Positions 1-14,099 are shown, numbered from the stretch's first letter. The stretch: 64,000 nucleotides of DNA from Octopus sinensis (GCF_006345805.1 NC_043007.1:47368001-47432000); one strand, 5' to 3'. Numbers and translations are program-made. Notes: generated by a model from the letters alone, not told the origin.

Positions 1-95
1 AAAAAAGAAAAAGAAAAGGAAAGGAACAAAAGAAAAGAGAAATGAAAAAAGAAGAAAAAGGGGGAAAAAAAGGGGAAGAGGAAAAAAAAAAGGAA

Positions 96-1135
96 CGATC
101 AATAGGGATCGTGTATCACAGTGGTATGATATATGGTGTAAAGGGGAAAGCAAGTAAGGTTTATCCGTGGGAAGAAAAGCCTACGAAAAAGACCACGGTA
201 ACCTTGGTCATTATTGTTATATGTTACCACATTTGTTTGCAAGTGGGTAACCCTCTGTTTTCAATTTCTGGGTGCATAGGACTATGCTCAAGGTGGCTTC
301 GTCATTCATACGTGCCATCCTTGCTACATTCACCCATCTTTTTTTAAAACATTCGCTAGACAAAACTTGCCTCTCTACTCTCACTTTCCTTTTCAAGTGG
401 TACTTGAAGAAGTTGATGAGAGATTGACCAGAGAGGAAAGTGTTTGTCTCCAATCCTTTCAGACGCGTCCACCAGATACATTCTTTCGCCATAGCCACAA
501 GGATGATGAAAATAGCTCTTCCTTCCCGTTTGAAGGAAGGAGGCGTGACAATACTGACGATAGACTCAGCTGATAAACCGACTCGTCCCACACGTGATAG
601 CAGTTGTTCGACACAAGCCCACAGGTCGGAAATTGTTGGACACTGCACGAGTGCGTACAGAACGGTTTCGTCGCTCTGACCGCATCTCGGGCAGGTCGGC
701 CCCGTGTTTCTCGAGCCGTGTCTGTAGAGCTTATCCCGAACGGGTAGCGCTTCTCGGTAACACTGCCAGGCCAGGGATCTCTGGAAGTTGTCCATGGGCC
801 CTGGCCCGAAAGTCGTCCTGAACAGATGGGTCAGGTACTCCTCGTCGACGTCCAGGTTCGCCCCGAGCTCGTCGTCGTACCTCCCCTCCACTAATCCCCT
901 ATAGAATGCTTTGGTTGTGTTGAAGTCACTCAAGGTCGACCCAGGATGGCAGAGTTGCTTGAGAGCAACGCGACACTCGCGGTGCCATTCGCCCTTCCTC
1001 GGCCTCTTTTTGATCCACGACTGCAGTTCGGTCATGGAGACGAGCTGCGGCAAAGCGTGCCTCACAAACGGCGACCACACCTGTTCACCGTCGTCTACAT
1101 AGAGCCAGAGATGTCGCAGTCTCAGCGCGTGTCTG

Positions 1136-1136
<1 letters not shown>
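96..1136 (-). mobile_element. Tx1/L1-clade LINE, 5'-truncated 3' fragment of ORF2 plus 3' UTR
   Basis: ORF 217-1626(-): the non-repeat part reads ...SLAWQCYREALPVRDKLYRHG..TCPRCGQSDETVLYALVQCP, the L1/Tx1 C-terminal zinc-knuckle region (His replaced by Tyr). The upstream part of the listed ORF is only (TATC)n read-through. Confidence 0.85.
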
Positions 1137-1446
<310 letters not shown>

Positions 1447-2980
1447 GTAAATAAACACGTCATGTTTCTGAAACCTAGCTGATTTAGTAACATGAAAATG
1501 ATTGTGTGCTTTACGTGTGAGCCTGTCATTGTATGTGGGCCTCTCAGTGTATGTGCTTCTGGTTGAAGCACATGTAGCAGTTCTTGACTCATAGCCAATA
1601 TAAATACTAAATACCACCTTTATCATTCAGCAATTTGGTTTCACATATTTAAAATATAGTATTAGTTGTTGTTCCAGCATTAAGGTTCCCAAAGATAATG
1701 TTGTCTTCGTTAATTAAAGACAAATAACTTGATCTTGAACCGTTATACACTAAAGAGTAGTGTATTAGTCAGAGAGGCAACACTGTGATGATAGCGGTTA
1801 GCGAATAACTGCCACTTTCGTTGTTTAATATTATAGCCGCTCATCCATCAGAAGTTCTAGACAACAATACTTTTACTAGGAATTATACAGCAGTGTGAGG
1901 GGAATACCAAGCTGAGAAGTTGTCATAGTAATGTTTATTAACAAAGAAGACCAAAGTGACAAAAGATCAGCGGCTAAAATACAGCATTAGAATTCTAATG
2001 CATTCATTAGAAAATCGTATCAAATACGTAGAGTATAAAATAAAAAATTAGAATAGAATACATTAGGATTTCCATCAGCTACAGAATCTTGCGTAAGTTG
2101 AAGAAATGTCAAAATCATTGGCTGCTTAAATGAAATATAGTCTTTCTTTTACAACCACGTAGCACAAGAACAAACCAAAACTGACATAAAGGGCAAATGG
2201 CGAAAACATGAGCTACAGACAGATCTAATAATGAACGAGGTGAGCATCTAAGTCTACGCCGTCTATTTCGAGTTATGATAACTTGTTTAATAAAGAAACA
2301 TTCAGCTCCCGAAATAGAACAATGATCACATTGATTACAAAAGATAAACCTGATGAAGGTGAATTACTTCTTCAGTTTTGATTCGTTCTTTTCATTCTGA
2401 TCACACTGCAAAAATAATTTTCAATCAGTTTTACGTTGTTTTATCTGATAGAATAATTCAACCTACTGTTTTCTGCTATACTACCAGTTTAGACCATATC
2501 CCTTACTTTAACATAGATAAAAACCGACCGACTTCAGAAGACCAGATGACGAAATTCCAGTTCAGAACTTGAGAGACAAGAAATGGTTTTCGTTATAGTC
2601 TATTAAATCAGTACAGTTAATTGTGCATGCTATAACTTTCTTAGTACTCATTAATACGTAACAGCTCGCCTAGATCATAAAAGATCATAAAAGTATCCTA
2701 TCCAGTAATCATATCTATTCCCCACTCCCTAAATAACATACCTTAAGAATCTCACAGAGCATTTCATTTTTTTTTTTTACTTGTTTTTTTGTTTTTGTTT
2801 TCTTTTTGCTAGTTTTATGAAACCTTGGATTACAGCCATTATGGGGACACCTACGTCAAATATTTAATCGAATCTATAGACACCAGCATCTTGAATTGTA
2901 CTTATTTTATCGACCTAGTAAGAGATGAGGAGTAAATAATTAAGAAATGCTGCAGACTGTTCATTAACTACTTTCGCTGT

Positions 2981-3515
2981 TACAAGGCGCCAGACAAAGG
3001 AAATTTGCCAGGGGCTCATGATAATATCATCTTTAGATAGAAAGGGCATCATCTAGGCCTACTGCTTTCCTTCTGGTCAGACGGTCAACAAGAAGTGTAT
3101 TGTGAAGGTTTTCAGGAAGTTCTGGAAGAGATTTCGTCGCCAAAGGCATCTTCACCAGGATAATGCACCTGTCCACATTTCCATCTTCGCTAGTAATTAC
3201 TTTACAGAGATGGGCATCAAACTGTACTTCACCCTTTCTACTATCCCTAGTACTATCCCTAGTCCAAAACATGTTCCTTTTAATTTTGGTTGCTCCCCAA
3301 GCTAAAGGAAATGAAGGCGACACTAGCAAGAGTGCTGGACACCTGCAGTTTGGTGGATTTTCATAGTGCCGTCACGGAGAAGCTGGAGCGCTACAAGTGC
3401 ATTTAAGTTAGAGGGTCCTATTTTGAAGGTGATTAGATCTTTGTACTTCTTTGAAATTAATAAATTTCTCTCCTGAAATATTACAACCCGAGTAAACTTT
3501 TCTTAGCTTCACCCG
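2981..3515 (+). mobile_element. Mariner transposon remnant (internally deleted, 3' half of transposase)
   Basis: Fragments read ..DRKGII..FPSGQTVNK..FRRQRHLHQDNAPVH.. and ..RGSYFEGD*; the end ...cacccg|TA resembles a mariner right TIR with TA target site. Confidence 0.75.
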
Positions 3516-3599
3516 TACAAATAGATTCAACAAAATATTCAATAGGCATACTCTAAGAATTTCCTATACCTGTGCACCTAATGTAAAAAACATTTTAGT

Positions 3600-4725
3600 A
3601 TGTAGACCAACGCCCGAGGCAGAAGCAGAATGATCATGTAGAGGTAACACATGTCCACTGAATGGCCACTGTAACACGGAGACCGTCGTATATAAGGCAG
3701 GGGCAACAGCTGTAGGATCAAATGGGCAACCGAATATGCGAAAGTATGTAGGAGTAACTCAAGGCCCCTTCAGAATCCGTTTCAACAACCACAAGTCCTC
3801 CTTTGACATCTCACAGAGACGCAACACCACAACCCTGACCAAAGCACGTTTCATCTTTGAAAGAAAGCCACACACACTGAGTAGAACATAAAGAGGAAGA
3901 TCCTGGAGAAATGTAAACCGTACTTTAATAGCAGCAGGAAGTGCAGCCTATTCCTAAATGAGGAAGCGATTTTAAGGTATTTATTACCAGCATCCAGGTA
4001 TTTATCTGAATAGCAGAGGTGAAGTATTTAACCCTAGCTCACATGAAAGGAAGATCATTCGAGCATACTTGCATGCCCCATCATGACTACGATCACCAGT
4101 CCTCCAGACTCAGCTCTCCACCAATACTCTGGAATCCGGCAAAGAGTTTGACCAGAGCATTCATCAACGCACCCACATACAAACATGTACGCCCCAACAC
4201 AGCGGACACATACCAAAAAGATCGTTTCCCACCACCTCCCATATAAACTCTCACACATATTGTACCCATACACACACTCAATGCACACATAAAGCCCCCA
4301 TACCTTAACCAATATAGAAAGAAAACACTCTAATGAACACAGTAATGGATGCCTACATCTCCTGCAAAAGTTATACAGTATCACTACACATATCCCACTT
4401 TCACAAGAACACCAAGCTGAAAGACGCATACAATTCCCACAAACACTTCATAGTAGCTCTTATCGACTTACAGCATAACCAACCAGTGGCGATGTATTGG
4501 TAAATCCCCTACCCGGTTCCTTTCATCATCTTTTCACAGCAACCGCAAGCTGGATGTGTTCTGTCACCTCCAACAATAGAGATCAGTTGCCATATTTCAT
4601 TCCATATCGGCTACCTCTGATGAGCGTAGAGTTATATAATTAGATTGTTACCAAAATTCCGTTGTACCCCTAGCGCGAAACCGATTGGTAAGATCAGCCG
4701 TGATGGATATATTACACTGTACACT

Positions 4726-4728
<3 letters not shown>
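3600..4728 (+). mobile_element. Penelope-like element 3' part (GIY-YIG endonuclease remnant plus terminal region with hammerhead)
   Basis: Translation from ~3640: CRGNTCPLNGHCNTETVVYKA...YVGVTQGPFRIRFNNHKSSF...KCSLFLNEEAIL, typical of PLE GIY-YIG domains; frameshifted; hammerhead core at 4617. Confidence 0.85.
4609..4699 (+). ncRNA. Type I hammerhead ribozyme motif
   Basis: ggctacct|CTGATGA(4617-23)|gcgtag...ctagcgc|GAAAC(4677-81) cgattg GTA(4688-90)|agatcagcc; stems I, II and III pair by eye. Confidence 0.75.
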
Positions 4729-4763
<35 letters not shown>

Positions 4764-6126
4764 CGAAGTGTACAGTATTATATATCTATATATTTGTGCA
4801 TATGTAACTATACTTCTCTGTGTATTCGTGAATCCGTGCACCAAATTCCACTCATAAAGCTAATATCAGAAGACACATTCCTAATGTGCTGCAATGATAC
4901 AAATTGTAAAACGCCTGCTTTCACATGAATATGATAAATATATTTTGCTTGGCCTTCTCACATGTCATACACGAATAAATATTTGACTCTGCTAACTTCG
5001 TTACAGATCGCGGAATTGGTTGCGCACTTAGCAGCTGAAAAGTTAGTCCTATCAGCCACCACTGGTGATGATGATGGTGGCGGTGATAGTAGTGGTGGTT
5101 TTTTGTTTGTATTCCTTGTCTTTTTACTCTACTTGATCGATCTGACATATAATCAATGACATTCCAGTTTGTCGTTAGTTCTCTTATTTGACCAAGCTTG
5201 AGTGTATATCATGGGATTTAATGAATATTTGGCTGCTATATTTAACAGGACAAACAACCACATTTAGTTTCCAATGCTGGCTCGTAAGCAAGTCATTGGG
5301 TCATTATATTTTGCAGAGTTCACAAAACTCCGAGGTGGTATATGTCATCACCAACAGAAATAGCAAATAATTTGTGTTTGTAATGCAAAACTGTGTTAAT
5401 TCTGTGAGAGAAAGATCACTACGAAAAACTAGCGTTTTATCCAGGATTAGATTAATATTTTATACGCCTAAACGCTCCGTTTATACTAGATTACAGTTGT
5501 GAGGGCAGACGAAGGTCTTTTAAACCATCGCAAGTATTAAACTGTAAAGGACGAAATTGTATTGACTCCTTTAAGTTGAAATGCCGTCATCCGAGTTTGA
5601 ATTCAGAACGTTGTGTACTTTGAAATATAGTGGAGCATTTTGTTTGACACTGTAGTGATTCTGCCTGTCACATTCGTAAAATATTTATTCCTATGAAACA
5701 TTGATCATTTTAATCTATGATGATGCCCCTAAATTAATCATTCAACATTCTAAATATACCACTCAAATATCTCAAAATAATTCTTAGTGTCTTAATAAAA
5801 ACAGAAAAATGTATTCAGAAGAGTACTGTGAAATAATGTATGCCTAAAAAGATGTAATGTTAACGATTTTAACAGATGTGCTCACTCAGAACTAAACTCT
5901 GATACAATATTGGTTATTAAAACAGCTACAAAGCCACATATTTGGCCAAATGTGTATACATATCATATCCTTCTCTAAAACATGTATGGTAAAATCAGTC
6001 TGACTGCAATCTTGACTTGGTACTCTGCTATTAATAATAATGTCATGGGAGTAAAGATTATAGTCAGACAAGCATAGGCAGTATATTATTGTGTGCGACG
6101 CAAAGAGTCAAACATAATATAAAAAT

Positions 6127-6332
6127 GGTTTCAAATTTTGGCACAAGACTAGCTGTTTTCTAAGTAGATTGCATCGAACCCTAGTGCACAGATTGTACTT
6201 ATTTTATCGAACCTGAATGGATGAAAGGCAAAATCTGCCTCGTCGGAATTAGATCTCAGAAAGTAAAGACGAACGAAATACCGCTAAGGATTTTACTCGA
6301 CGTACTAACGATTCAGCCAGGTTACCACCTTA
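6127..6332 (-). mobile_element. tRNA-derived SINE (abundant octopus-type family), decayed
   Basis: Reverse complement matches the head taaggcggcgagctggcagaatcgttagc.. and body ..gaggtcgactttgcctttcatcc.. seen in the other copies at 34.2-34.7 kb and 52.6 kb. Confidence 0.75.
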
Positions 6333-6741
6333 CACGCATAATATAATAATAATGTTCGTTAAAGAAATAAAATGATCAACCTTGTGTATCTTAGTTTTGC
6401 CTCAGAATACAGAATAACTTTTCGCAGCTATCAGTCTTATCTATGGACTCATCTTCTGATTTTCTACTCTTTCACCATAACTCAAGTAACATAGCTGTCA
6501 ACTACCATAGCTCAATTATCATAGTTCAACTAAAAATGCTCTACCATGAACCAACTATTGAGACATTACAGAGCTCAAGTGAAACCCACAATGAAGTAAT
6601 CTTCTCACAGTTGAAACGGTGATGCACACACAGATGTTCAAAGTCACATTGAGAAGAGGATCACACGACAGATCAGTATGAATTACTGAAATACAAACTT
6701 CACCTTTTGGTCCACTGTATACTTACCCCACCTCCCTCCCA

Positions 6742-6774
<33 letters not shown>

Positions 6775-6780
6775 CCTCTC

Positions 6781-7060
6781 CTTCTGCATCTCCTACATCT
6801 GTTATAATGGCTTCTTCTCAGATATGGCTGGCCTAATGACACCTTTACTCACACGTTCCGACAGATTTGTCTTTCTTCCTTTCGTCACTCTTGCCGCATC
6901 CATCCCACACTGCAGGCCCTTAACTACAGGTACTCCACCCAGTCCTTCCTTCCTAGAAACACTTCATTCAGGAATTCACTCCCTGCTCACGTTTTTAAGA
7001 ACTTATAATAATTGCATCTGTCCTGTTTAGGAAGGCCTTCAATGTTCTTGGCCACTAACT
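6781..7060 (+). mobile_element. CR1/Jockey-group LINE 3' end fragment
   Basis: Frameshifted translation ..YICYNGFFSDMAGLMTPLLTRS..SHPH..QSFLPRNTSFRNSLPAHVF..TYN resembles the YYNG...SFFPRT..WNSLP..VFP C-terminus of CR1-like RTs. Confidence 0.6.
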
Positions 7061-8212
7061 CCTCAGCGAGACCAGTAGTTCTCTTCATTTAAGATGTTTT
7101 TGTTAAAATTTATGAGCAATAAATTGATTATGCTTCTACAAAACACAAAATATTTTAAACTTTTTATGCAAATCTTTATAATAATTATAAAAGTACAGCG
7201 GGATTTTTTTTACGTCGAATAGCTATGAAGGTCCATTAGAGTAAAATAGGAATGAAAGGGGTCATAGGCAAACAAAAATCTGGTTGACAAACACGGATCC
7301 AATCCAAGGAAGTAAAATAAAACTGCTGAAGTTCAAGAACACTACTTCCATTATTCGAGATTCTGAAAAATAAATAGTCCAATAAAAAATCATTGATGTT
7401 ACCTCAATTGTAAATAGATACGTGATCCCTTATTTTATCATTTGCGCACACAAACATCTATGACTTCCTGTGGAGCAATTTGATTTCCGCAACGTTAAGC
7501 TTCAGAAAACAAACGTTCTTGGGAAGAGTATATACTGTCCTGATAATTGTGAGAGATGCAAGGATAAAATACGAATTGACATGTTGCAGTGATAAAATAT
7601 TAGCCCTATATATATCTGGATCATGTAAGTATTAAGATGTTAGATAGTTACTTCCTGTTAAGCAGAGCGACAGATAATATATTGCCTCTAAGAATATGCA
7701 CAGAGCAGTTTATTTTCAGTTTCCATCTATCCAATTTCACTTGATTTTATCAAAGAAAAGCTAAGGACAAAGAAACTACCACAGAACGTTATCAAACTCG
7801 AAACCGCTTGACATCGAAACGAATTTCTTAACAATGCAGACATGACTCGCTTTAAATATTGAATATCGGTAGCCGGATGATGGTTGAGGCACCTTAGATT
7901 AACTGGTAATAGGCAATCTCTTTAATGTGTTGTTGTATGACCACAGAAGACTTCGTTTTCCAATCTTGCTGAACACTAATCAGTGAATTCTAATTACTTT
8001 AAGAAGAAATTGAATGATGACGCAAATACTAAGTGAACTGGCTTGTCTCAGAAACAAACACGTGACACAAACTAGACTCAAAGGGTAATTATCACAATTT
8101 CCCATCATTCAGTCAGTCGAATACTCAAATCACACAGACACACAAATATAGACATACATACACACACAGGATCGCATACACCCATACATGTTTGCATATA
8201 TATGTGTGTGTG

Positions 8213-8256
<44 letters not shown>

Positions 8257-8842
8257 CATGTATGTATGTATGTATGTTTACGTATATATGTGGATATATA
8301 CATGTGTGTGTGTATTTATATATATATATTTATGTTCACATATGTATGTTGATATATATATATAATTTACACACATACACACGTGTGTATCGGGGGACGC
8401 AGTGGAGTTGATAGACGTGAGCATAGTGCAGTGCTAAAAATAGTGAAAATTTCGAACGAAAAATATAATATTACAGAGTACGTAAAAACAGACAAAACAT
8501 CGTCTGGCAAGTAAGTAACTAAGAATCTACTATACATTTCAAATACAATCAGTAACGCTGGAGATATATTTTTTTCTAGTTTTTCTAGCTTCAAATCCTG
8601 TTTACAAAGTTTAATATTTGATATAATTTTATATATGGAAGCAATCGACACAAGTATAGGTACAGCAGCACAAAAAATGTTTTGTAATGTCTCGTAACAT
8701 CTCCTTACATTTTTATTTCAAATGCTATTATTGGTTTTTTTCTGCTTTTCGTCGTCTGTCGCTTGACTGAGCCTTTATTTTGGAATCCGTTCTCCTGTCT
8801 GCTGCTACTCAGTTAGTTATTATCCCATTTTAGGACAAAGCA

Positions 8843-8912
<70 letters not shown>
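8843..8912. repeat. (ATT)n microsatellite
   Basis: Directly visible. Confidence 0.97.
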
Positions 8913-8914
<2 letters not shown>

Positions 8915-8959
8915 AAAGAAATTATAATTACTATTCAACATTTGATAGTTTCTGCCAGA

Positions 8960-9290
8960 TATTTCTACTCCATCACCTGCTACACATCTGTGTTGCTAAG
9001 GTGAGTTCAGTGTTAAGTGTTCATCGTTTGTTGTTGTGTGAGTACAAACTCTCCCCGGTACTGCATTGCATCCAATTGCTCTGGTATGGAGTTGTTTATT
9101 TTACTGAGTATGAGCGCTAAGTTTTGTCGTTGTAGCTCCCTTTTGCTATTTACAGCAGCGCTTGGAATGATGGTGTGTAGCGTGTGATCGTTGCATTGAC
9201 CATCACACAGAAGTTTGAGCAGAGAATCAGCACCAAATTTCGCCAAAGGTTTGGTGATACCTGCTCAGAGGACTACGCAAACTTTTCAAA
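8960..9290 (+). mobile_element. Mariner 5' fragment
   Basis: Reads TITQKFEQRISTKFRQRFGDTCSEDYAN, like the mariner N-terminal EQRICIKFC..LG.T..E motif; left boundary uncertain. Confidence 0.55.
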
Positions 9291-9900
9291 AAGTTTTCAT
9301 CGTTCTCTACACAATCAAGGAGGTCTTGTGTAACTGACACCCGAGTGTCTTTCTGGTCAACTGAAAGCAGTTTTTTTACACAAACTTGGCAGATACGCGT
9401 CATATATCCAAATTTTCAATGATACTAGACTGAACTCAACCATAACTAATCTGCACATCCTCTGATAACTCACAGACGGTGATTCGACGATTTTCCCTCA
9501 CAGCTGAACTCACATCTGTCGTGATTATCACAGTTCTGCTGTTACGGGTCTCCCCGACCGTTCGTCAATATCGACATTTTTGGCCATCTTGGAAACCTCT
9601 GACCCACTCGTAGACTTGTATTGGCTCATACATTCCCCTCTATACACTTTCTGTAAATTTGCGTAGGCCCCTGAGCAGGTAACGCCAAGTCAACTTTCTC
9701 TGTCATGGTCAATGCGGCGATCACATACTACACAGCTTCCTTCCAAGCACTGCTGTAAACAAAGGAAGTGAGCTAGATCATGAAAGCTTGGTGCTCATGC
9801 ACAGTAGAGTTCAAGGTCAATTTGTGCCAAGCGGCTTTACCCTGCGTGCTTTATGTTCGTTATTATGGCAACAGTCCTGATACTTATTGATGAGACCTCG
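9291..9900 (-). mobile_element. Mariner 5' half (TIR plus HTH region), decayed
   Basis: TIR TA|cgaggtctcatcaataagtatcaggac at 9900; translation includes VYEWVRGFQDGQNVDIDERSGRPVT. Confidence 0.75.
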
Positions 9901-10189
9901 TATAATTACTGGTATCGATTCATTCGACCAAAACTCTTCAAGGTAGTGCTCCACCATAGCTGTCGTCTACTGACTGAAACACGTAAGAGATAAAAGATAT
10001 AGAAACAGTGGTTTACAAATGGCCGCTGCAGCAATTAACCAGCAGACTGGATAAAACATCGGTATTAGAATCCAAAGCAGTATTAATCCAAATGGTAGTT
10101 TGTATATGATATCTAACGCAAATATACTCTTGAAAAGCTTGAAACTGAACTATTTCTTTCGAAAAGGTATCTCGTAGAGATCTATTTAT

Positions 10190-10500
10190 CTATTTATTAT
10201 TTATGCGCCCTTTTCAAGCCTAGCCAGGCTCATGGGCCCGGTTTCACGGTTTCTATGGCGTATGTGTTCCCTCCAGCTGGACAGGACGCCAGTCTATCGC
10301 AGCATTACTCAAGAAACAGGAAGAAAGAGTGAGAGAAAGTTGGGCGAAAAAGTACAACAGGCGTCTCCACACCCACCCACCCCCTGCCGGAGCATCGTGT
10401 AGCTTTAGGTGTTTTCATTCAATAAACACACACAACGCCCGGTCTGGGAAACGAAACCGCGATTTCGCTGCCCTAACCACTGGGCCATTGCGCCTCCACC
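10190..10500 (-). mobile_element. tRNA-derived SINE, second family (central motif reminiscent of V/Meta-type SINEs)
   Basis: Head ggtggaggcgcaatggcccagtggttagggcagcg (A-box-like), B-box-like ggtttcgtttccc, central gactggcgtcctgtccag, tail (TAAA)n. Confidence 0.65.
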
Positions 10501-10735
10501 GTAGAGATCTATAGTTTTAAAATTTCCAGAAATATATCAGTAGCAGATGGAAAGTGTCAAACATCAGTGGTAAGATTGTTACAACTTTGGCATACGATGT
10601 TAGTGGGTACCTGTTAGAGACGACGCTCAAAAAAGCAGAAATATCTACCACTACTGCAAGACATTTTTCATTTTTTCTACTGTACATTTTGGCGATGTCT
10701 GCAGCGGTTACCCAGCGTCACACATCCATAATAGC

Positions 10736-10772
<37 letters not shown>

Positions 10773-12405
10773 GTGTTTATGTGCGTGATTGTGTTCTCAT
10801 TTGTCATGTATGAAAGTGTATACATATGTGGAGTATTTTGTGTCTTGAGTGTAGCAAGTATGTTGCATTCTTAAAATAAATTTCAATCTAACTTCTTCCG
10901 ATATTATAGACATCATAAATCACTGAACTGCTCTCCTCATTATAAGCTACCGAGTAATACTTCGTGTATGAAGTAAAGTGATGTGATATTTAAATCCTAC
11001 TGTAAATATGAACTCTACCAAGTTAATTAAACTATGCACGCTATATAATAAAGAAAACGCTTCAAAGAATAAGGAAGTTATGTCAAATTAAATGTCATGC
11101 TACGGCCGAAACGAGAAATTATAGATTCAGTACAGTGTCTTCAAGAAATATGCAGCTAAGTTATACTGAAAATTCATTGAAGATTTCTTTTTTTTTTAAC
11201 AGTCACTAATTTTTTGCTTTTATATTTTTTACTGAAACTTTTTAACAAGTGAAATTGATGAGAAATGAATCTGTTTCTGTTTAAGTCACTTATCTATTGC
11301 AAGTAACATTCCCAAATGAGCTCTTATTTATTTCCAACAGCTATATCAGCTCCGATAATGTAGGATGAAATCTTTGGTCTATAAATACGAGACAGCTCAG
11401 GCAAACGTCATCTCATGAACGATACGATGTTAGACCAGTTTCTTTCGGACTTGTTTTGTTAGTGTTTAGCTCTAGATCAATATTGACCGATCAAAACCTA
11501 TGATCTAAAAGGTATTCTAGCCTTGACCATCACATCTCTTCTTTTCAAAAACAACCCATCCCAGATCCCATTATTTATGTATCTTATTTTTAAAGTGATA
11601 GAATATGTTTCGAGGGTGATATGACTGCTACATCTAGCATACTAAATAAGTAAAGGTTTCTTTGCTGCTAAGAGAGAAGATAAAACATTTGGAGAAATCG
11701 TGCATATCTGGTATTTATTTCACCAAACCCATGATGGACTAATGAGAAAATCAAACTCAAGTTTGTTTGATTTTTTAAACTAAAAACACAAAGATACGCA
11801 GCTAGCTATTACTATATATTTCTTCAGCCTCCCAGTCTACGAAGCTGAACAACTCCATGGTCTCGATCCCTCTGTGCACCACCTGGGATAAATGTAATTT
11901 TAAGAAACCTTTGTTTCGACCATCGTGTGTTCAGTTTTGGTAAACACGCTCACCTGTTCTATGAGTATTTAACTGTATTTATGTTGGTGTTAAGATGAGC
12001 GGAACCGGTTCAGAAAAATACAAATAATAATAATAAACAGTAGCTGAGTATGGCCGCTGATCCCAGACGACTTCTGACTCAGATATCAGAGACTATTTAT
12101 ATATATAAGACTTAGATATCGATTCTCTTTATATAATGCTTTTTAGCATTTGTCGTCTGCTAGGGTGTTATCCATCATATGACGGATGTATATTTTTGCC
12201 AGTATAAGTAATTTAATAATAGTAAAATTATGATTATTGAATGTAAGCTATATTTCCTGACATTAGCCATATGGTGCAAAAGTATATCCATACTATTATA
12301 GCAATATGTTGTAAGAACAGTTTGCTGTAAATTCTTAAGTTAGCGAATAGCGCTTACAAACGGCGTACTTCAAAAGCATTTAAGGAAAATAATCCTCATA
12401 ATATA

Positions 12406-13662
12406 CGAGGGGTGTTCATTAAAGATTTTTCTTGACCCACTTCCCAAAAACTGGGATAAACGAAGCTTGGCATAATTATTAGTCCTTCTCTACATAGCCA
12501 CCAACAATGCTGTCAAACTTCTAACGCTTTATGCAGATGTGAAGTCGATAGGTTGCGTCAGGAGCCAAGACTTTACCTCGGAAATAAGTTGATCAACATC
12601 CAAATAGTGCTTCCCCTTCAAAAAACACTTCATGTTTTTTGAGGTGAAAGCCAGATGGTGCGAGGTCGGGAGAGTAAGGGGGATAATGAAGAATTTTATA
12701 ACCGCAAGAGTGTGCTTTCATCTGGGCAACATGCGCATTGTGAATTGGGGAGTTGTCTTGAAGGAGGCGGACTCCTTTGATCAGCACGCCTCACTTCTCT
12801 GCTTAGATGCATCCCGCAATTTTTTCAGCAGAGAAAAGATATTCCCCGTTAATTAAAGTGCCCTTTGCCAGAAAATCCATCGTCACTACTCCACTTTGGT
12901 CCCAAAAGACTGTGAGTATCACCTCGCCTGCTGAGAATACGAGCCTTCTTTGGAGGTGGTGAGTTATCATACTTTCCTTGCTTCGACTGGACTTTAGTCT
13001 CAGAATCATAGTGATGGGCCCATGTTTCATCCTGTGTTATAAGTCTGACGAAAAGGTCTTCCTCATTTTTTTAGCGCATTGAACCTGGGCGTAATTGACT
13101 CGTTCCTACTTCTGAAACGGTGTGAGCATCCGGGAAATCGATTGTGCAGACAACTTCCGTATGTACAAATGGTTGTGAATATCTTTTTTTCACGGACCAT
13201 AAACTTATCTTCACCTCTTGTGCTAGTTACCGAATAGTTATGCGCGACGATCCACCAAAATGGTGGCTTCAACTTTATGGTGTTGTCATCAATGGCGGTA
13301 TGTTGTCGTCCAGATATACGAGTAGTTTCCACTGATGTCCGACCACATTTGAACTGGCGGTGCCAGTGCTTAACTACGTTGTATGATGGTGCATCGTCAC
13401 CATAAACATCTTTCATCTCATCGAAAGTCTCTTTTTGTGTATGACCTTTCAAGTATAAGAACATCATCACTGATCTGCATTGAATTGCCTCCATTATAAC
13501 ATCTTCGTCCATTTTAGCAGCCGTAAGAGACAAACTAATACTAGTGGAAAGCGGCAATTTATAATTGTCATGTAGGAATATGTATGATAATACCTATTCA
13601 AGTTCCGTTTCCTGCAAGAATTGGTGAGTGACTCAGAGAAATTCTTTAATGAACACTCCTCG
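12406..13662 (-). mobile_element. Near-full-length mariner transposon (1257 bp), transposase disrupted by frameshifts
   Basis: TIRs cgaggggtgttcattaaaga / tctttaatgaacactcctcg, TA on both sides; ORF pieces RSVMMFLYLKG..VKHWHRQFKCGRTSVE, LLQDNSPIH, YPPYSPDLAPSGF (third catalytic Asp replaced by Gly). Confidence 0.93.
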
Positions 13663-14099
13663 TATATTAACTATTGCAGAGCCTGTTCTATCTACATCCA
13701 TCTACCCTTCCGTTTACTCCCCCTTCTTCTTTTTCTACCTGTTCTTCCTCCTCCATTTCCTTCAAGTTCTCTAAAAAAATTTTCTCACACGGTGTAAGCA
13801 TGTAGCATTCCTTTACTCAAAGCTGTCACCAAGTCTAGTTTGTGCCATCAACCTTTCTGTTAAGTCTCTGTGGTATCTCTCTTTTAATCTCTCTCCTGCT
13901 CTCTCAAAATGATGTTATCAACCAACGAACATACCAACAATTGCATTGTCTATAAAATATATTTAATATTTCTACTATTTGGCTCCTGTGGTTTGCACTT
14001 TTAGTTTTTAAAATTTTAATTCACGCGCGAATATCTTAAGCAATGTGAGATCACCAGTGAATGTTGTATTTCTGAAATGAAATAACATACGTGAATAGT

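Noticed and set aside
4921-5370. Short candidate exons (IAELVAHLAAEK on +, AKCATNSAICNEV on -, GQTTTFSFQCWL on +)
   Set aside because: They are mutually incompatible, very short and cannot be chained into a recognisable protein.
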